DNA of 64,000 nucleotides from Betaproteobacteria bacterium (lineage in GTDB: Bacteria; Pseudomonadota; Gammaproteobacteria; Burkholderiales; Ga0077523): positions 11,859-75,858 of the forward strand of contig WGLR01000005.1 of NCBI GenBank assembly GCA_016125475.1. Reading direction: 5' to 3'. Position numbers and translations under genes: made by a program. Shown in pieces: positions 57,679 through 64,000 of the stretch; position 1 is the first letter of the stretch, and the number at the start of each line of letters is the position of its first letter. The notes beneath the pieces are model-generated. The model was not told the DNA's origin. It ran no database searches and saw only the letters and a program-made list of their open reading frames with translations.

Positions 57679-60600
57679 TCACGGTACCTCGTTCGTGTCG
57701 GGAACCTCGCGCCACGAGACCCGCCTGCCGGTGGTCGAGTTCGGCTTCGACGGGAGGTCCTTGTTGACGGTGCTCGCGTTGGACGTCCGGACCAGACCGA
57801 CGATCTCTCCGGACGGGAGCTTGATCAGGACCGGGCGACTCGACAGGAAGCTGCCGAGCTTGGACCCTGCGGAGGTAGCTCCGGAGATCGTGCCGCCGGT
57901 CGCGTAGTCGACGAAGTACAGCCAGCTGCTGCCTCCCGGATTGCACGCATCGGAACCGTCCGGGATGTTCGACGTGAAGGCGAGCACGCCACCGGAGAGT
58001 ACCGGGTTCGTGACCACGCGCTCGCCGGTATCGGGCAGGTCGAAGAACCATCCCGACTTGTCGACGAAGCTCACGTTCGTGGACGTGATGTCCACGCTGT
58101 CCGCAGTCTTGGTTGCCGTCTGCTGCTGCAGTGCGGAGCGTCCGGAAATCAGCGGCGTCGAGATCGACGTGTAGCTCGGGTCGTCGCGCAGTGCATAGAA
58201 GCTCTGTGTCTGGCGCGAGACCGACGTGTTCTCGGTCGCGCTGTTCAGCACGTCGCTGTCACCGAGGTACTCGCCCGTGCCGACGAAGATCACCCGCTTG
58301 TTCTGGATGACCCCGAGTTCGGGCTCCACCGTCACAGGCTGTGTCTGTCCGGTTCCGTCCTTCAGCGTGGCGACCTTCGCGACGTACCAGCTGGTCGTGG
58401 AGGCACCGGAGAGATCGAAACGCCAGACGTTGCCGCGCAGGTCGCCCCCATAGACGGCATCGGTGGTGGCGTCCACGTCTCCTCGCTGCGCGAAGGCGGA
58501 CAGGTGCGCGAGACCGCTCGGCGAACTCGAGGAGCCCACGTTCGTGGAGAGTTCCTTGATGACGTTTCCGTTGACCGGATTGAGAATCCATACCCGGCCC
58601 ACGCCGTCGCCTCCGCTCGAGCCGGTACCTGTCCCGTTGTTGTAACCGGACGACACCACCACGACCCAGCCCGCGGCGCGAGTCTTCACGATGAGCGGCT
58701 TGCCGAAGCTGTAACCGACGTTCGGGCGGATGGTCGGGTCGGCGAGATCGGTGGCTGCGCTCGGGAATTCCCAGAGCACCTTCGACGCTAGGGAGGCCTC
58801 GTTACCCATGGTCGGGTTCGTGACGTCGATCGCGAAGTAGCCGAAACCTCCCTTCCTGAGACCGCTCACGAGGACCGTGCGCCAGTCGGGCGTGCCCGGC
58901 GACGACAGATTAGCGCCCGGCGTGTAGGAGAAGTCGATGTCCCCGACCGAGGGCGTGCCGTCCACGTAGTAGAGATGGTGAAACGAGAGCCGGTCCGAGA
59001 GGTTGCGCAGGTTGCCGAACAGCAGGCTCGGCACGTACGCCCACAGCTCGGCGCCGGTCGTCGCGTCGAAGGCGTGCAGCATGCCGTCGTTGGCACCCTG
59101 GTAGACGACTCCGGTGCGCGATGCGTAGGTGGTCTTGAAGTCCTGGTAGCCGTTGTCGAAGTAGCTGAAACGCGGCCCGCGAACCACCACCGGCTCCCCG
59201 TTCACGATGTCTCCGAGCACCGCGATGTCGTCGGGAATCCTGTTGTTCTGGTACACGTACTTGCCGTTGCTCACCGCATAGTCACCGGTGGCAGGATCGA
59301 TCTGCGGTCGCGGCCCACGCGAACGGAAGCGCTCCACCTCGAGCGAGCGGTCGCCGCGCAGGAACGCGAGCACGTCGGGGTCGGAGGCGGTCACGCCGCC
59401 CACCGTGGAGGTGAGCACCGATTTCTGCGCAGCGGTGAGGTCCGTCCACTCGAACGGGATGCCCGAGGAGCCGTCGTAGGAAGCGATCACGCGCGTCCCG
59501 GGCAGGCGGGTTGCCAGCTGCTTCTGCGGGGAGGGGCTCCAAAGCGGCGTCGTGCCGACCGCGCCGGTCGACGTGTCGATGGCGTACTTGTTGATGTCAC
59601 CGGACCAGGGGCCGGAGTTGTAGCTCGACGCGTACGAGTAGTTGTCACCGGGCACGACGTTCGGATTGGCCACGGCCACCGCCGCGCCCGCACCTCCCTT
59701 GGCGCCGACGTTGTTCACGATGTCGACCACCCCGACTCGCGTTTCCTCGGGAGAGCTCGCCGAGAGCATCATGCCCCGACCGTCGATCGTGGCGTGCCAG
59801 AGCTCGTCGATGGCAGCCGGGTGGCGGTTCACGTATCCGGAGCCGCTGCGCACGTTCGGCCAGCTCCACGAGACGGACGTATCGAAGGGATTCTCGTTGA
59901 TCTTGATGAGGTCCGCCGTGTCGGTGCGGCCGAACAGCATGCCCTGCACGCCGAGCCCCAGGGCGTAGGTGTTCATGTGCAGGTAGTCGTTGCGGTCCGA
60001 GTCCGGGCCCTCGTTGCTCCGTTCGATCGAGACCTGCCGTTTGCTGAGATCCGGTCGCACGTTGTTCGAATAGAAGTACATCGCGATGTCGGCGAGCGTG
60101 TTCGACTCGCTGTCCGCGAACGGATGTACCGGCGTGACCGTCACGGACGGCAGCGGGTCGGTGGGCGGCAGCGGGATGTTGCCCGCGGGCGTGGCGTCCG
60201 TGTAGTTGAGGTCGGCGTTGTTCACGTCGTACGGGATCGTGAACCGGTTCGACGAGTCGCCATCGACGTTGCTGAACGACGTGGGCGGTGCGTTGTTGCT
60301 CGCGAAGCCGTCGGTGATCACGAAGGCTGCGTTGAACTGGCACACCGCATTGATCGGTGCATTCGAGTCCGTGCGCTGGAACTGGCGTCCCGCGTACTCG
60401 AGGGCATCGCGCGTCGGCGTGCCGCCCGTCCCCTTGGTCCTGTAGAGATCGTAGAGCAGTCGCTTCGCGTTCTGCGTGTCCGACGAGTTGTCGAAATCAC
60501 GCATGGTCACGTTGGACAGGCTGTTGAACAGGAAATAGCCCGCGCGCAGGCCCGTGAGCTGATCGAAGGCGAGCCCGAGTGCGCCGTTCAGCATCATGTG

Positions 60601-61806
60601 ACGCTTGCGGTAGTAGCCCCACCAGTTCGCGAAGTTCGTCATCTCCTCGGCGTAGGAGCAGGTCGCGCCCGCGCAGTCGGTGCGCGTGGCAGCCTTGGTG
60701 TAGCTGGGCGTGGAGGAGCGGATCTCGACGCGCTTGATGCGCTGACCGTCGGGGCCGTACGCCTCGTCCGCCTGCAGCGTGCCGGTACTGGACGACTTGA
60801 TCCAGTAGGTCGTCGGGTAGTACGAGATCTGGGCTTCGACGCGTTGCGGATAGCCGCCGGACGTACCGACGGCGAGTGTCGAGCTGACACCGTAGAGGGA
60901 GGCGAAGTGGCAGTAGGAGGCAGTGTCGGACGAGCCGGACACCAGGCAGACGTCGTTGCTGCTCGGGCCGTTCGTCCACGAACCGCAGTAGGCGCCGTCC
61001 TGGCGGCACAGCCGGTAGCGGGATCCGGCCGGCAGGATCATCCCGGTGTACATCACGAACACCCGGTTCCCGGCGTAACTGTCGCCGGGCTCCGGAACGT
61101 TGGAGGTGAGATCGATCGTCGTGGGGCTGCCCGACGTCGGGTAGATCGGATGGCTTCTCACCGCGGACCACGCCGACGAGCTGTCGTAGCTAGTCGGCGT
61201 GCTGGTCGTGCTGCCGTTGTTGTAGGGCCGCCAGGGTTCGTAGTTGATCGACGGGTTGTAGTACTGCGCGTTGTAGAGATGACTCCGCGCCCAGCCGAAC
61301 TCGCGGGTGGGCGGGATCGCGAAGTGATCGTTCGAGGCGTCGGCGTATCCGCGCGTATCGCAGTTGGATCCGCACTGTCCGTTCGGAAAAAGATAGACGT
61401 ACTTCTTCCAGGTCGAACTGGAGTTGCCGGCCTGGTTGAAGTTGATCGGCCCGGTCGGCGGCGAGGTATTGAAGAACCCGGTGCCACCCGTGCTCGGTGT
61501 GCTGCCCCCGCCGAGCCAGATGTCGGACGATCCGTCCGACGAATAACCGATGAATGACCGGCTCGTCGTGTTCCACCAGGCGGCGCCGTCGTTCGTGGAG
61601 TATCCCTTGGTCGGCAGGAATTCCCCGTCCATCGAACCCGAGTCGTCCACGACGAGGATGAGGTTGGGTTTGGCGCGTCCCTGCGTCGCCATGGGGACGT
61701 CGCCGAGATCGGTCGCCGCCGCTGCCAGTTGTGCCCAGGTGAGACTGAAGATGACGGCCTGTGCCAGCAGCCGTTTGATACAGGTGTGCCCCACGCTCAT
61801 GCTCAT
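57679..61806 (-). CDS. pilY1: type IV pilus tip adhesin / biogenesis factor PilY1 (PilC family) with N-terminal vWA domain
   Basis: 1375 aa. Signal peptide, then the MIDAS-containing LILVVDDSGSMDG. C-terminal PilY1 propeller-type blocks: GANDGMLHAFD, LWAYVP, YVDGTPSVGD, SGLRKGG, FAIDVT, NVWRFDL. Convergent with ispH, as at the Pseudomonas fimU-pilVWXY1Y2E locus. Confidence 0.85.
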   Translation of the reverse strand: MSMSVGHTCIKRLLAQAVIFSLTWAQLAAAATDLGDVPMATQGRAKPNLILVVDDSGSMDGEFLPTKGYSTNDGAAWWNTTSRSFIGYSSDGSSDIWLGGGSTPSTGGTGFFNTSPPTGPINFNQAGNSSSTWKKYVYLFPNGQCGSNCDTRGYADASNDHFAIPPTREFGWARSHLYNAQYYNPSINYEPWRPYNNGSTTSTPTSYDSSSAWSAVRSHPIYPTSGSPTTIDLTSNVPEPGDSYAGNRVFVMYTGMILPAGSRYRLCRQDGAYCGSWTNGPSSNDVCLVSGSSDTASYCHFASLYGVSSTLAVGTSGGYPQRVEAQISYYPTTYWIKSSSTGTLQADEAYGPDGQRIKRVEIRSSTPSYTKAATRTDCAGATCSYAEEMTNFANWWGYYRKRHMMLNGALGLAFDQLTGLRAGYFLFNSLSNVTMRDFDNSSDTQNAKRLLYDLYRTKGTGGTPTRDALEYAGRQFQRTDSNAPINAVCQFNAAFVITDGFASNNAPPTSFSNVDGDSSNRFTIPYDVNNADLNYTDATPAGNIPLPPTDPLPSVTVTPVHPFADSESNTLADIAMYFYSNNVRPDLSKRQVSIERSNEGPDSDRNDYLHMNTYALGLGVQGMLFGRTDTADLIKINENPFDTSVSWSWPNVRSGSGYVNRHPAAIDELWHATIDGRGMMLSASSPEETRVGVVDIVNNVGAKGGAGAAVAVANPNVVPGDNYSYASSYNSGPWSGDINKYAIDTSTGAVGTTPLWSPSPQKQLATRLPGTRVIASYDGSSGIPFEWTDLTAAQKSVLTSTVGGVTASDPDVLAFLRGDRSLEVERFRSRGPRPQIDPATGDYAVSNGKYVYQNNRIPDDIAVLGDIVNGEPVVVRGPRFSYFDNGYQDFKTTYASRTGVVYQGANDGMLHAFDATTGAELWAYVPSLLFGNLRNLSDRLSFHHLYYVDGTPSVGDIDFSYTPGANLSSPGTPDWRTVLVSGLRKGGFGYFAIDVTNPTMGNEASLASKVLWEFPSAATDLADPTIRPNVGYSFGKPLIVKTRAAGWVVVVSSGYNNGTGTGSSGGDGVGRVWILNPVNGNVIKELSTNVGSSSSPSGLAHLSAFAQRGDVDATTDAVYGGDLRGNVWRFDLSGASTTSWYVAKVATLKDGTGQTQPVTVEPELGVIQNKRVIFVGTGEYLGDSDVLNSATENTSVSRQTQSFYALRDDPSYTSISTPLISGRSALQQQTATKTADSVDITSTNVSFVDKSGWFFDLPDTGERVVTNPVLSGGVLAFTSNIPDGSDACNPGGSSWLYFVDYATGGTISGATSAGSKLGSFLSSRPVLIKLPSGEIVGLVRTSNASTVNKDLPSKPNSTTGRRVSWREVPDTNEVP

Positions 61807-62024
61807 CGTCCTCGAAACGCTCGGATTCCGGCTTCCCGATCACGACGTGTCGAAGGAACGACGTCCGTCTCGACAGTCCCTTTCCGTCGCGAGACGGTCA
61901 GGGGCTTTCAGACCAATCGGAACAGCCCAGGGCGATGCATTCGCCCACGGAAAATAACGGACGAAACTGACAGAACTTGAGGATTTGCACCCGGCGTCGG
62001 GCCTGTTTCAGCAGGCCCGAAGGC

Positions 62025-62049
62025 GTGCGCGGGGGAGGACCCCGCGCAC
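62025..62049 (-). terminator. hairpin after the upstream pilY1 paralogue
   Basis: GTGCGCGGGG-GAGGA-CCCCGCGCAC, a 10-bp perfect stem, 44 nt after the stop at 62093. A second 9-bp hairpin follows at 61997-62020. No U-tract. Confidence 0.5.
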
Positions 62050-62092
62050 GGTCACGGAAAGGGCGCGCAGCGTGGAGGCGCCGCGCGCCGTA

Positions 62093-64000
62093 TCACTGCG
62101 CGTCGAAGGTATCCGGAATCTCGCGCCAGGAGATCCTGTGACCGGTCGAACCGGATGGCGGCGACGGTTGCTGAAAGGATTCGATTCCGCCGTTCTGGTC
62201 GGAACTTCCGCCGGACGTCCTGACGATCCCGACGATGCCGTCCCGTACGCGCACGAGCACTGCACGACTCGCAAGCACGTTGCCGATCCGGATGCCAGCA
62301 AACGTCGCGCCAATCACCCGGCCTCCCGTGGCGAAATCGAGGAAGTAGATCCAGCTGCTTCCGCCGGGGCTGCACGGATCGGCGTTGTCCGGGGTGATCG
62401 TGACGAGCGAGAGCACGCCGCTCGAGAGGACGGGATTTGCAACGAGGCGCTCGCCGACCGTCGGAAAGTCGAGCACCCATCCGCTCGTGGAGGCCGCCCG
62501 GAAATCGACGGGCGTCTGCGTGATGTCCGCGCTCGTTCCGGTCTTCGTCACGGTCTGCGTGACGAGCTGGTCACGGGTCGGTGTCGGGATGAGTGGCGAG
62601 GTCGTTCCACCGGGGGCGAGGTCATCGCGCAGCGCGTACATGCTCATCGTGCGCTGTGCGCGCTCCGTGTCGACGGTCGGGGAATTCAGCGCGTCGCTCT
62701 CGCCGAGGTACTGGCCCGTCCCCACGAACACGACCCGCTTGCCCTGAATCACGCCGAGCTCGGGTTCCGAGGTGACGGGCTGGACGCCGTTGTCGGGTGC
62801 CCGCAGTTCGGCGAGCTTCGAGACGGACCACGACGATACGGTCGCGCCGGACAGGTCGAATCGCCACACGTTGCCGAAGAGATCGCCGCCGTAGACGGCC
62901 TCGATCGTCGCGTCCACGTCGGGTCTCTGCGCGAATGCCGACACGTACGCGAGGTCGCTGGGATTGTCGGGCGTGCCCGCGTTCGTCGTGAGCGTGGCGA
63001 TCACGTTGCCGTTGCGCGGATTGAGGACGTACAGGTAGCCCTTGCCGTCCCCCCCGCTCGATCCGGTCGCGGTCGAGTCGGTGCCGTTGTTGTAGCCCGA
63101 CGTCACGATGACCACCCAGCCCGCCGCGCGCGTCTTCGCGATGATCGGGCGTCCGAAGCTGTAACCGACGTTCGCGCGGATCGACGGATCCTGGGCGTCC
63201 GTGCCGGCGCTCGGGAATTCCCAGAGCACGCGGTTGGCAACGGTCGTTTCCGTGCCGCTCTGTCCGTTCGTGACGTCGAGCGCATAGAAGCCGAAGCCGC
63301 CCTTGCGCAGCCCGCCAACCAGCAGGGTGTGCCAGGCGGGGGTTCCCGACGAGGCGCCTCCGGTCGTCGAGAAATCCACGTCTCCGACCGCGGGCGTACC
63401 GTCGACGAAATAGTGGTGGCTGAACCGTTCGCGATCCGCGAGGTTCGCGAGATTCGGATACACGAGCCCCGGCACGTAGGCCCAGAGTTCCTTGCCCGTG
63501 TTCACGTCGAAGGCGTGCAGCATGCCGTCGTTCGCACCCTGGTAGAGGACTCCGGCCCGCGATGCGTTGGCCGCCCGGAATTCCTGATATCCGGGGTCGA
63601 AGTACGAGAAGCGGGGCTGCCGGACGACCACGGGTTCCGCGTCGATGATGTCACCGAGCACCGCGATGTCGGCCGGAACGGTGTTGCCGGCGTAGACGTA
63701 GCGGCCGTTCTGCACGATGAACGCGCCGGATGCATCCTTGAGCGGACGCGCACCGCGGGAGCGGAACTTGTCTCCCTCGCGCGACCGGTCTCCGCGCAGG
63801 AAATCCAGTACCTCGCTGTCCGCGGAGGTGACGTTCCGAACGGTGGACGTGAGGTGCCCGCGCTGCGTGCTCGACAGGCTCGACCACTGGAACGGAATGC
63901 CGGCCGATGTGCCGAGTGTCGAACTGGCGGCGTCGTTGTACGTCACGATCACACGCTGACCGGGTGGCGTCGTCGCAAGCTGCTGCTGGGGTGTCGGCGA
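62093..64000 (-). CDS. pilY1: second PilY1-family protein (C-terminal about 635 aa; 5' end lies beyond the window)
   Basis: The frame stays open to position 64000. The translation aligns colinearly with the C-terminal half of the 57679-61806 product (e.g. SPTPQQQLATTPPGQRVIVTY vs SPSPQKQLATRLPGTRVIASY; GANDGMLHAFD, NVWRFDLSGA and ISWREIPDT are shared). Confidence 0.85.
   Translation of the reverse strand, partial: SPTPQQQLATTPPGQRVIVTYNDAASSTLGTSAGIPFQWSSLSSTQRGHLTSTVRNVTSADSEVLDFLRGDRSREGDKFRSRGARPLKDASGAFIVQNGRYVYAGNTVPADIAVLGDIIDAEPVVVRQPRFSYFDPGYQEFRAANASRAGVLYQGANDGMLHAFDVNTGKELWAYVPGLVYPNLANLADRERFSHHYFVDGTPAVGDVDFSTTGGASSGTPAWHTLLVGGLRKGGFGFYALDVTNGQSGTETTVANRVLWEFPSAGTDAQDPSIRANVGYSFGRPIIAKTRAAGWVVIVTSGYNNGTDSTATGSSGGDGKGYLYVLNPRNGNVIATLTTNAGTPDNPSDLAYVSAFAQRPDVDATIEAVYGGDLFGNVWRFDLSGATVSSWSVSKLAELRAPDNGVQPVTSEPELGVIQGKRVVFVGTGQYLGESDALNSPTVDTERAQRTMSMYALRDDLAPGGTTSPLIPTPTRDQLVTQTVTKTGTSADITQTPVDFRAASTSGWVLDFPTVGERLVANPVLSSGVLSLVTITPDNADPCSPGGSSWIYFLDFATGGRVIGATFAGIRIGNVLASRAVLVRVRDGIVGIVRTSGGSSDQNGGIESFQQPSPPSGSTGHRISWREIPDTFDAQ

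Overview
Visibly GC-rich (third codon positions almost all G/C) proteobacterial chromosomal segment. The syntenies xseB-ispA-dxs-folE2, argD-argF-argG and rpsT / murJ-ribF-ileS-lspA-ispH followed by a convergent pilY1 are typical of Gamma/Betaproteobacteria. I support about 50 protein genes. I found no rRNA, intact tRNA, CRISPR array, transposase or integrase. Layout: (1) 1-6.2 kb, ketone/fatty-acid catabolism (Baeyer-Villiger monooxygenase with an adjacent alpha/beta-hydrolase, an MBL-fold lipoprotein, an acyl-CoA dehydrogenase) and cysK. (2) 6.4-20 kb, a mixed, accessory-looking stretch: cardiolipin synthase, a PEP-CTERM protein with a 5'-nucleotidase, two orphan small genes, an LLM oxidoreductase fused to the tail of a RES/Xre toxin-antitoxin pair, a thioesterase, an FAD monooxygenase, a STAS-rhodanese fusion, a DMT transporter and an orphan Rieske oxygenase. 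(3) 20.4-24.3 kb, xseB-ispA-dxs-folE2. (4) 24.3-42.7 kb, a MarR regulator divergent from one 17.7-kb translationally coupled alpha-glucan/trehalose operon: glgB-glgE-treS/pep2-glgX-treZ-(malQ-treY fusion)-GH100-like. (5) 42.7-50.6 kb, a retropepsin-like protease, a GATase, an ICMT-like methyltransferase, yajQ, an orphan HslV/BPH-like proteasome homologue, ppnP, argG, a MORN-repeat protein, argF, argD and rpsT. (6) 50.8-57.6 kb, murJ-ribF-ileS-lspA-ispH. (7) 57.7-64 kb, two tandem PilY1-type type IV pilus tip adhesin paralogues, the second cut by the window edge. The items most worth follow-up are the orphan proteasome homologue, the MalQ-TreY fusion inside the merged alpha-glucan operon, the tandem pilY1 genes lacking pilE/pilY2, the RES/Xre module with a perfect palindromic operator, and a terminator-bearing 329-nt intergenic region. 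All functional calls rest on motif-level recognition of the translated ORFs. No database search was possible.
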